Below are positions 1 through 8,308 of a stretch of DNA of 20,837 nucleotides, piece after piece. Position 1 is the stretch's first letter. Each line of letters starts with the position of its first letter. The position numbers and the translations under genes were made by a program. The DNA lies in the NCBI GenBank assembly GCA_038247415.1, contig JBBRUX010000058.1, positions 1 to 20,837 of the forward strand, read 5' to 3'. The stretch is from Chitinivibrionales bacterium. GTDB lineage: Bacteria; Fibrobacterota; Chitinivibrionia; Chitinivibrionales; WJKA01. The notes under the pieces are model-generated. The model made no database searches. It was not told the DNA's origin and was given only the letters and a program-made list of their open reading frames with translations.

Positions 1-2033
1 GGGGGCTTAAGCGTATCTTCCGATGCTTGTGGCTTTTTTTGCTCAGGAAGACTTTGAACCGCAGTATCGGGAAGCTTCACACCGAGAGAGTCATTCTTGT
101 GAGTTCGCGGCGCAGAAGTATCGGGTAAGGTGATTAAAGGCAGTGCAGAACCAGTATCCGACTTCACGCTATCGACTTTTTGTGGATCCCCAACAGTGCC
201 CGCTGGCAGCAGTTGTTTGGAGAGCGGACTAGGAGAATGCACTCCACGTGGCACAGATGGTACTGGTGCCTCCCGTACTTTGCGCGCATCATCAATTTTC
301 TTTTGCGCTTTACGCACACGAAGAGTATCGGCAACAGTTAGAATTCTGCCTCGTGCTTCACCAATGCAATATTCCGATGAAGGGAACGTATCGCACAACT
401 CTTCGTATTGACGAAGGGCAGATTTGTTTTTTTCTAGGATAAAGTCGTTGGTCCACGCGGCACAAAAAAGCGCCTTTGCCCCAAATGATGTATGCGTAAA
501 CCGGCGATACACATCGTAATACCCGGCTGCAGCCGAATCGATACGTGCAGAATCTTTAGAAAAGAGGGCTGTTTCTGCCACGAGGAATGCTGCGAATGCA
601 GAATCTTCCGCAGTCATAACCGTAACAGGTAGTTCGCGCAATTTTTGAGATTGTTTCACATATTCACTTGCTGGATACCGTTTTGCAAGAGAACCAAAAA
701 TCGAATCTGCAAGCACGCTATCTTTACGAACAACAAATGCTATATACCCCGCGGCATACAGCGCCTTTGCAGCGGAATCCCCTTTTATAAGGGTATCTGT
801 TGCCATTCGCATAAAATAGGTGTATGCCGAATCTGGTTCCGATAATGACAACCAGAATAATTCGCCGATCCGGTACATGCGCATTCCTGTGGTATCTTTT
901 GGGGCAATTGGCTTAACCGCCTTTTTAAGCGTATCTGCGCCGGTGATAGAATAGCCAATATCTGCAATGGCTTTACTCCGTTCAAGTGCAAGCGCCGCAA
1001 GGGTCTTATCTCGCAGCAGCGAGGCAGCCTTGGAATAGCATTCTCCGGCTTTAGAAAAGTTGTGTCGTTCTTGGTATATTTCTCCCAACGCAAACCAGAC
1101 CTGACCACATCGCGGATGTGCTGGGTACACTTTGATATCGTGCTCAAATACTATGATTGCAGAATCGATTCGATCGAGCTTGCGCAGCGCTGCCCCACGA
1201 AAGTAAAGGATCTCGCCCGTATGGGAGAGCATCGATTTTTCGCGTAGCATCTTTTTTGATTTCTGCAAAGCATCACGATACTCTTTGTTTGCAATACTTG
1301 CAACAAGATATACGGTATCAAGCTCAAAAACCAGTGCACTAAAATTTAAATTACGAGGGGCTTTAGCAACTGCGTCTTTTGCTAACCCGTAGGACGACAT
1401 TGACAAATGCATTTTTCCTATTTGGAGCGAAAGAAACATGCGCCGTTCATCTTCCCGCGCTAAGTCGAGAGCCTTGGTCAGCACCGAGAGCGCCATTGCC
1501 GAAGATCCTCGTTTACGAGCAATATCAGCCAACAAGAGCGACACATCCTGATTCTTATTTATTTCTGGATACTTGGCAAGAATGTGCGCACAAGCCGCCT
1601 CAGCCGAAGTAAGATTATCATCCTTAACAAGTGAGCGTGCATAAAACAAATAGGCCGCAGGTACCAGACGGCTTTTGGGGAATTCGTCGATGAGCTGACG
1701 GAAACGTCGCGTTGCTCGGGTATATTCACCTTTATAAAAGAGTGATTTACCAATCAGAAAAACTGCTTTATCATGCCACTTTTTATCTTTTGGAAAGTTT
1801 TGAATGACCTTGATTGATTTTGAAATTGCGGTATCGTATCCGGTAACAATAGTAGCAGGAATTGTTGTAAGCGTATCGGGACTTTTTCGAATAAGCGTTT
1901 GGTGTTCTTGATACGCACTATCAAACGCAGTTTGACCATTATAATATGTATTAAAATAGGCACACCCAAAAAGGATACCAGTCAAACAAACCATGAGCAC
2001 TAATCGCACAAGGTGTTTGGAGGACACTATCAT
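1..2033 (-). CDS. Tetratricopeptide-repeat lipoprotein, PorW/SprE-like (3' end runs off the window)
   Basis: Manually translated open minus-strand frame from ATG 2033 (GAGGGAG Shine-Dalgarno upstream) to position 1 with no stop, >676 aa; absent from the ORF track. N-terminus MIVSSKHLVRLVLMVCLTGILFG-C (lipobox), then AYFNTYYNG and KWHDKAVFLIGKSLFYKGEY, many TPR-like helices with FP/YP-x-S turns, and a Pro/Ser-rich tail. Confidence 0.88.
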   Translation of the reverse strand, partial: MIVSSKHLVRLVLMVCLTGILFGCAYFNTYYNGQTAFDSAYQEHQTLIRKSPDTLTTIPATIVTGYDTAISKSIKVIQNFPKDKKWHDKAVFLIGKSLFYKGEYTRATRRFRQLIDEFPKSRLVPAAYLFYARSLVKDDNLTSAEAACAHILAKYPEINKNQDVSLLLADIARKRGSSAMALSVLTKALDLAREDERRMFLSLQIGKMHLSMSSYGLAKDAVAKAPRNLNFSALVFELDTVYLVASIANKEYRDALQKSKKMLREKSMLSHTGEILYFRGAALRKLDRIDSAIIVFEHDIKVYPAHPRCGQVWFALGEIYQERHNFSKAGECYSKAASLLRDKTLAALALERSKAIADIGYSITGADTLKKAVKPIAPKDTTGMRMYRIGELFWLSLSEPDSAYTYFMRMATDTLIKGDSAAKALYAAGYIAFVVRKDSVLADSIFGSLAKRYPASEYVKQSQKLRELPVTVMTAEDSAFAAFLVAETALFSKDSARIDSAAAGYYDVYRRFTHTSFGAKALFCAAWTNDFILEKNKSALRQYEELCDTFPSSEYCIGEARGRILTVADTLRVRKAQKKIDDARKVREAPVPSVPRGVHSPSPLSKQLLPAGTVGDPQKVDSVKSDTGSALPLITLPDTSAPRTHKNDSLGVKLPDTAVQSLPEQKKPQASEDTLKP

Positions 2034-2110
2034 AAAAGGAATCTCCCTCGCCGGCTGAACAGGCATCCTCAAGGTAAGAATGCTCCACATTAAGATTCTT
2101 GCTCGTTACC

Positions 2111-2181
2111 AAAATAATTCAATGGTGCCCCAAAGTACCCACAATGGCATTTCCCTTTCTTGGTTCATCATGAATTATTTT
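2111..2181. promoter_or_regulatory. 11-bp perfect inverted repeat in a divergent promoter region
   Basis: AAAATAATTCA (2111-2121) and TGAATTATTTT (2171-2181) lie between the divergent TPR and porin genes. Confidence 0.4.
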
Positions 2182-2203
2182 CTTGGCATTCTCAACATAC
2201 TTT

Positions 2204-4204
2204 ATGTGCGGTAATTATTACCAAGGATTGTTCTTGACTCTTTTTACTTCAATTTTTCAGAAACAATGCGTTTTGAGTTTTCTTTTATTGCAGGTGCTTG
2301 CTTGTGCAGCTCTTGCGATGCCATCTTTTCCTATCCAACAACCAGACACCACAATTGCGCAACGAGATTCCCTGCGCATCGATTCCCTTAAGAATAGCAT
2401 TATTTTTGATTCAATACAAAAGATTCAAACCAAGTATGTTCAGATAATAGAAAATCCTACTTCGCAAGAGCAGCAGCGCCCGGGAAGTAATGCAACACTC
2501 CCTGCCCTTTTTGCGGTAAACGGAACCGGCACTGCCGAACTTTTAGCCTCCGATCCTTCATTTATTGCTGTACCGTATGCATTCTCGACACGCCTCACGC
2601 GCGCATTGCTCTTTGGATATACTACCCCACTTTGGGAGCTCAGTAGTAATAATGGTTCACGCGGATTACCGTTTGATCAGGTTCATGGAACCAATGATCT
2701 GGGCATGCGGTCATTGTCTTCAACGCAATTATCTCTTGACAAAGGACTTGTGTATTCTCGTTACGACACACTTGTAACTTTGCCAGCAATGAATATTTAT
2801 TGGGAAACAGGCCCTTTTAGTGCCAATATCCTGAGCATCGATTTTGCACGACCAATTACCAATGTGGCCCTGCTCAAAGTATACTCCGATTATCGCTCCA
2901 TTACCAAAACGTCATTTGACCACAACAATGGCAATATTGCATCGTTTTATCAAGGCATGTCAAATGATACGAGTTATGTCATGAATAATGGCTATAACCC
3001 CTTTACACTTGAGCAACGTACGGGGATTGACTGCTCGATACATCGTAACAATCTATCCCTTCTGCTTCATTACCAGTATAGCGATAATAAGAATGATATA
3101 GTGCGTGCAGATTCTGGTAATGCAGAAAACCTGATCTTTTCCCGACTTGTTCTCTTTGAAAACCAAGCATCGGCGGGGCTTCTTAAAAAAGGTACACTAC
3201 TTAATCTTGAGGCGGGATTTTCATTTGACAATACCGTTTCAAAAATCGCAGCCCAAACAGCCTATCTCTCCGCAACAAAACCTACTCTTGGTTCACAGGG
3301 CTCCACCATCACCGGATATTTACGTCCCTATCGGGAATTTGGGTCCGATACCATCGGGCTTGCTCTTAAAGGCACACGAACCGAATATACCACCTATGCA
3401 GCGCACGACCGCACTCAATCGATGCTTACGACAACATGCGAATACGCAAAACACATGGCTCTTTTTGGCCCCTTGCTTGGCAAACTCAATGCATCGGCAG
3501 GTGCAACATATGCAGAGGCGGATACCTTCCGGAGTGTAAAACCATACCTCTTTGTTAACGCTGGAATTGCTACGCCGCACCACGACATCTCGCTTTTTGG
3601 GATACTTGCGTCTTTTGCTCCCAACCAGAACTACGATTCTTCGGAAACCATACCAGAGCCATTAGCCCGCCAGTATGTTTTTTCGGGAGTGCGGTACCTT
3701 CTTACCATGCCGTCTTGGTCGATAACATCCGCATACACCTGGCTCACCGATTCCGATTCTGAAAACATAAAAAACTTTTGGCCTTCGGGGATTGTTCCCT
3801 ATCATAACCCACATGGAGTTTTGTCGATTGCTCCCAAATCACCTGCGTGGTATGGATTCTCACTACGAGGATCTTTTTCCTTGGCAGACCAAAAACCCTA
3901 TTTAAAAGCGCTCTCAACACTCTCCTATCGCACCACACTCTTTGAGGGGCGACAAAAAATTGCATCCGATCTTTCTCTTGTATATTGGTCTACCCGCACA
4001 AGCGACCCTGTGGGAAACCCCGCGATGCGTCGCTACTGGGAACATGAAATTTTCGACCTATCGATTTCTGTTTCAATGCAAATCAGGGCATTTCGCTTAT
4101 TTTACAAAACGGAAAATATTCTCAATCGTAAATTTGCCTATGTTCCCGGATATATCATGCCCGGATTAGTTTTTAGATGGGGTTTTGCCTGGTTTATTCT
4201 CTAA
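2204..4204 (+). CDS. Putative outer-membrane porin / beta-barrel (Porin_10-like)
   Basis: Long ORF with a signal-peptide-like segment (..LLLQVLACAALA), amphipathic beta-strands, and C-terminus FRLFYKTENILNRKFAYVPGYIMPGLVFRWGFAWFIL resembling FCB-group 'putative porin' ends. Start uncertain (TTG 2183, ATG 2204 or later). Confidence 0.7.
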   Translation: MCGNYYQGLFLTLFTSIFQKQCVLSFLLLQVLACAALAMPSFPIQQPDTTIAQRDSLRIDSLKNSIIFDSIQKIQTKYVQIIENPTSQEQQRPGSNATLPALFAVNGTGTAELLASDPSFIAVPYAFSTRLTRALLFGYTTPLWELSSNNGSRGLPFDQVHGTNDLGMRSLSSTQLSLDKGLVYSRYDTLVTLPAMNIYWETGPFSANILSIDFARPITNVALLKVYSDYRSITKTSFDHNNGNIASFYQGMSNDTSYVMNNGYNPFTLEQRTGIDCSIHRNNLSLLLHYQYSDNKNDIVRADSGNAENLIFSRLVLFENQASAGLLKKGTLLNLEAGFSFDNTVSKIAAQTAYLSATKPTLGSQGSTITGYLRPYREFGSDTIGLALKGTRTEYTTYAAHDRTQSMLTTTCEYAKHMALFGPLLGKLNASAGATYAEADTFRSVKPYLFVNAGIATPHHDISLFGILASFAPNQNYDSSETIPEPLARQYVFSGVRYLLTMPSWSITSAYTWLTDSDSENIKNFWPSGIVPYHNPHGVLSIAPKSPAWYGFSLRGSFSLADQKPYLKALSTLSYRTTLFEGRQKIASDLSLVYWSTRTSDPVGNPAMRRYWEHEIFDLSISVSMQIRAFRLFYKTENILNRKFAYVPGYIMPGLVFRWGFAWFIL

Positions 4205-6218
4205 TCAAAATTTTGAATCTTTTTTTCTCACCCGCATATTCAATAATCATCCAATAGATTCCTGGCACCATCCTTGTGCCATCGGATGCAAGACATTGCC
4301 ATGAAGCCTGTTTGGGAGCTGCCCCTTCAGAGAGAATTTCGCTATACGACCAGATAAGCGCCCCTACTGCACTTCTTACACTTACCTGCATGCGCTGTGA
4401 ATAGCTCAGTGGATTATCGGATTCCGCAATAAATGAAAAGTACACCCGCGGGTTTAAACTCCGGTACGATATGACATTGGGATAAACACGAAGGCTACCA
4501 ATACCGTGCGCATGCGTAAGTGAATCTCTTACTATAACTGGTTTTCGAAAACTATCAATGGTCACCACGATACGCTGTGGGACCGAGGTAAAGATTACTC
4601 GTGCCGTGATATCGGTTGATACACTTTTAACAATGAGCGTTTCTGGAACCTCTTTTTCGTCAACCGCAATACGACAATATCCCAAAGAATCGGTGCGAAC
4701 CTCCAGAAGCTTGCCCCCTCGCTCAAAACGAGCAGATTGTAGTGGTAACCCATCAATACTTTTCACATAAACATCAACCGCCCCAGCAGCAAGCATTCTT
4801 TGCTCTTTCCGCATTACACAGGCAAGATACGCGTTAGGAACCCCAAAACCATAGATGCTATCGCGCTGTGATTGTTTACAGGCAACCGTACTAGACTGGT
4901 AAAGATAATCGCGTATCGTTGACGGGCTATCGGTAGGATGTGCCTGCATGATAAGCCCTACAATCCCAGAAACAAGCGGAGTGGAAAACGACGTTCCTGA
5001 ATTGTTTGTATATCCTGCTCCCTCTGCTACTACCGAAACAGTTGCGCCAGGCGCGCACACATCTGGCTTTATACGACCATCAAAGGTTGGCCCTTGGCTA
5101 GAAAAACCGCTGACTAACCCCCACCTGTCAACAGATCCAACAGACACAACGCCATCCACATCGGCTGGTGTGCTGATTGACCCTCGTCCACGTGAGCCAT
5201 CGTTACCCATAGCATTGACAATAACGATTCCCCTTTCGACCATCGCTTTTGCCGCCGCAGCAATAATGGTAGTTTTACCATCAAGTGCATTGTAGGTATA
5301 ATCGCTATCATTGTCGGTAAAATCGAAGCGATACCCGAGCGAACTCGAAACGATATCTACTCCCAGAGAATCGGCCCACACAAGCGCCGACACCCAATTT
5401 TCTTCTTCAGAATGATGTTCCGAAGTATCATTTTCTGTTCGCGCACACGCAAAAGTGCCTTTATATACTACTCCAATCTGATTCCCCAGCTGATAACCCG
5501 CAACGAGCGACAATACCTGTGTCCCATGAATATCAAACGCAGCTGTTGAATTTATTTTTATCGTACCCTCCACAAAATCATGCTGCGCACGAAACCGATT
5601 ATCTCTTCTGAGTAGATCAAACGTCGGGTGGGTCAGTCGAACGCCATTATCAAAAAGACCAACAAAAATCCCATCCCCAGGGTCTTGTCCCAAAGATTTT
5701 ATAAACTGATGGGCAGCGGGAATTTCAAGCATTTGCATCATCGATGCATTTGCCCCATAGTCGGCATACATCTGGGTTGATGTTTTATTCATCGATGCAA
5801 TAACGGGCGTTTTTAGAGAACGATTTCTCACAGGAATAAGCGCAGAAACTGCAGGATTTTCGGCAAGGGTTAAAAGCATTCGAGGAGTTACCCGTGCACT
5901 GAGTGCACCAATCAAATCGCAACGCGTAAAGGTACGTGCACCAAGACGATTAACGCTTTCTAAATCTCTTTGCCTAATTTTAGGATGGGCTGTCAGAGCT
6001 CGTTTATGCACAATCCCAAAAGCTCTTTGGTTCTCGAGAGAATACACCGTGTCGCTTTTTTTAAAAACGATCCAAACACAACAGAGGGAATCGGTAGCCA
6101 TCTGCTTTTTTAGCGTAGCATTGAGCGGTACACCACACGCAAAAAATATTAATCCCGACACAAGAATAACACCAAAGGCACAACAAATTCTGGTTTTGGC
6201 AGCAGAAACAGGGCGCAT
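4194..6218 (-). CDS. S8 family (subtilisin-like) serine peptidase with C-terminal T9SS/FlgD-type Ig domain
   Basis: Catalytic motifs GLFDNG (Asp), HGTQVLS (His), AMGNDG (oxyanion Asn) and SGTSFSTP (Ser); N-terminal signal and propeptide; C-terminal LRVYPN...PGIYWMII...KRFKILIRE. Alternative GTG start at 6245. Confidence 0.92.
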   Translation of the reverse strand: MRPVSAAKTRICCAFGVILVSGLIFFACGVPLNATLKKQMATDSLCCVWIVFKKSDTVYSLENQRAFGIVHKRALTAHPKIRQRDLESVNRLGARTFTRCDLIGALSARVTPRMLLTLAENPAVSALIPVRNRSLKTPVIASMNKTSTQMYADYGANASMMQMLEIPAAHQFIKSLGQDPGDGIFVGLFDNGVRLTHPTFDLLRRDNRFRAQHDFVEGTIKINSTAAFDIHGTQVLSLVAGYQLGNQIGVVYKGTFACARTENDTSEHHSEEENWVSALVWADSLGVDIVSSSLGYRFDFTDNDSDYTYNALDGKTTIIAAAAKAMVERGIVIVNAMGNDGSRGRGSISTPADVDGVVSVGSVDRWGLVSGFSSQGPTFDGRIKPDVCAPGATVSVVAEGAGYTNNSGTSFSTPLVSGIVGLIMQAHPTDSPSTIRDYLYQSSTVACKQSQRDSIYGFGVPNAYLACVMRKEQRMLAAGAVDVYVKSIDGLPLQSARFERGGKLLEVRTDSLGYCRIAVDEKEVPETLIVKSVSTDITARVIFTSVPQRIVVTIDSFRKPVIVRDSLTHAHGIGSLRVYPNVISYRSLNPRVYFSFIAESDNPLSYSQRMQVSVRSAVGALIWSYSEILSEGAAPKQASWQCLASDGTRMVPGIYWMIIEYAGEKKRFKILIRE

Positions 6219-6258
6219 TGTATTCACACAAAATTCCTTTCGCACTGCTGGATCTTAC

Positions 6259-6295
6259 AGAAACAACAAAGGGCGCACCACGGTGCGCCCTTTGT
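6259..6295 (-). terminator. Rho-independent terminator after the OmpA pair
   Basis: Perfect inverted repeat ACAAAGGGCGCACC / GGTGCGCCCTTTGT (6266-6295), ending in UUUGUUGUUUC on the minus strand, about 27 nt after the stop at 6322. Confidence 0.85.
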
Positions 6296-6321
6296 ATGTT
6301 CTAAAACAGCGAGGCTATCAC

Positions 6322-8223
6322 TTATTTAAGGCGTACAGCCTCTAGCCGCCTGTTAAGCGCTCTGCCTGTTGCAGTGCGATTATCGGCAACCGGTGTTGAG
6401 GAGCCAAACCCAACTGCACGCAAACGAGACGAATCTATACCTTTACTAATAAGATATTGCTTAACAGCCTCGGCTCGTAGTTGCGTGAGTTCGAGATTTA
6501 CAGAAGGTTTGCCAATATTATCGGAAAAGGCCCGAATTTCTATTTCAATATCAGGAAAATTGCGCATCTCACTGAGTAATGGGTCGAGTGCTTGCGACGC
6601 ATCTGAAACAAGCGTTGCGAATCCTAGCTTAAAACTGACGCCCGTTAAGGTTTGATTTTTTGGCCAGGTCGACTCTTTCTTCTTTTGTATCACCACAGGC
6701 GCAGGCGGTACTGGGAGCGGAATGGTATCGGGACACCCATCGTCATCTTTATAGGTATTAAAGTTTTCTGGGACATTAGGGCATTTGTCGCGTAGGTCTG
6801 GCAAACCGTCATGATCATTATCAGGATCGGGACACCCATTTGCATCTTCATACCCATCAAAATCTTCGGGTTCATTAGGGCATCGATCTACCGAATCGGC
6901 GAGCCCATCTTTGTCATTGTCTAAATCCGGACACCCATCATTGTCTTCAAAGCCATCAAAATCTTCGGGAGCGGTAGAACATTTATCGAGCGAATCTGGA
7001 ATTCCATCTCTATCGTTGTCGAAGTCGGGGCACCCATCCTTATCGTCAAATCCGTCAAAATCTTCGGGCAACGTCGAACACTTGTCAAGAGAGTCGGGTA
7101 TACCATCTTTATCATTGTCATAGTCGGGGCACCCATCGGAATCTTCAAAGCCATCAATATCCTCGGCTACTTTGGGGCATTTGTCAATATCATTTTTAAT
7201 GCCATCACGATCATCGTCCTGGCTTGTTAAAAAACCATTCCAACTGATATTGAATTGCACACCAAACGGAGGAACCATTCCGGTTGTATATGTTTTCTTA
7301 GAATCGGATCGATCGGTACCACTCACTCGGTAATTTACATTATCAGACAAGCCAAGATCGGCCGCAATAGACACTACAACCCCTGCAGGCGAGGTTATTT
7401 TAAGACCGGGGGTTATCCACATCATCTCTTTACGGATTTCTTGTATATCAGAAAGAACGGTCTCTCCACGAAGCTCCGAAGCCACGTCAACAAAGATCGT
7501 AACAATCTCGGATGGGCTATATTCCAGGGCAGCATTTACTAGTCCAGTAATTGCTTTCTGACTATTAGGAATTGCTGCACCTGCATTGATATCTAAAGTA
7601 AACGGGGCCTTCTTATTGAGATATCCAAAGTCAAAACTCCACAGCATGAGGCCCTTAACCACAAAACCATTGGCAGTAAAAATATCGCCGCGGGTATACG
7701 ACGCATTGCCACCATTTAATTGATAATAATAGCCGTGTCGAGGATAAATTCCTCTTCCCTGCATTCCCGACAATCCTGCCGAAACGCCAACCAAATAAGA
7801 TTGATAAAATAAACGCGGTTTATCGGGAGCTGGATACAAAATTTTAAGGGATACATCGAGGTCTCCAATACCAAAATCAGATGCCCCATATTCAGTCCCA
7901 TCCCAATAAAAAGGAAGCGCTGCAGCAAAATCAATAAACGAACCAAGACCAAGCGCCAGAAACAAGTTTGATGAGAGCATCTTGCTTGTTTCGATGGCAT
8001 CGGTAGGTTTATCGGCATTTGCAGTCCATGTCAGGAAATTTTTACTTTGCGCATAATTTACACCTGCGCCAACATTGAGCTTAGCACCCCCAAAAGTCTT
8101 GGCAGACATAGTACGAATAAGGCCAAGCTGACCATTGGAATTAATGTTTGCATAACTGCTTGCGCAAACCAGTATTGCAACAAGCCACATTCGTATACTT
8201 TGATAAAACCCTTTATGCAGCAC
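6322..8223 (-). CDS. OmpA-family outer-membrane protein (beta-barrel + TSP type-3 repeats + OmpA C-terminal domain), paralogue 2
   Basis: Signal peptide ..LVCASSYA, barrel-like N-domain, five DxDxDGxxDxxDxC units, OmpA_C motif EIRAFSDNIG..NLELTQLRAEAV..GRALNRR. GTG at 8223 lies 6 nt after AAGGAG, a better spacing than the track's TTG at 8229. Confidence 0.92.
   Translation of the reverse strand: MLHKGFYQSIRMWLVAILVCASSYANINSNGQLGLIRTMSAKTFGGAKLNVGAGVNYAQSKNFLTWTANADKPTDAIETSKMLSSNLFLALGLGSFIDFAAALPFYWDGTEYGASDFGIGDLDVSLKILYPAPDKPRLFYQSYLVGVSAGLSGMQGRGIYPRHGYYYQLNGGNASYTRGDIFTANGFVVKGLMLWSFDFGYLNKKAPFTLDINAGAAIPNSQKAITGLVNAALEYSPSEIVTIFVDVASELRGETVLSDIQEIRKEMMWITPGLKITSPAGVVVSIAADLGLSDNVNYRVSGTDRSDSKKTYTTGMVPPFGVQFNISWNGFLTSQDDDRDGIKNDIDKCPKVAEDIDGFEDSDGCPDYDNDKDGIPDSLDKCSTLPEDFDGFDDKDGCPDFDNDRDGIPDSLDKCSTAPEDFDGFEDNDGCPDLDNDKDGLADSVDRCPNEPEDFDGYEDANGCPDPDNDHDGLPDLRDKCPNVPENFNTYKDDDGCPDTIPLPVPPAPVVIQKKKESTWPKNQTLTGVSFKLGFATLVSDASQALDPLLSEMRNFPDIEIEIRAFSDNIGKPSVNLELTQLRAEAVKQYLISKGIDSSRLRAVGFGSSTPVADNRTATGRALNRRLEAVRLK
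6724..7218 (-). repeat. Five 99-bp (33-aa) thrombospondin type-3 Ca-binding repeats
   Basis: Units such as DNDKDGIPDSLDKCSTLPEDFDGFDDKDGCPDF; exact 99-bp period. Confidence 0.92.
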
Positions 8224-8308
8224 GCACAACTCCTTGGGAGGATTATTAATCAGTTACATACTCAGACGAATATATAAACTAACCCAATACACTATATATA
8301 CGCTAAAC

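Noticed and set aside
130..1969. Numerous short ORFs in the track in the first 2 kb, and similar short ORFs over other genes
   Set aside because: They are shadow or antisense frames of the long TPR gene and other bona fide CDSs, with no motifs of their own.
2145..2160. Sigma54-like TGGCAT-N5-TTTCT
   Set aside because: The conserved -12 GC dinucleotide is absent (TC).
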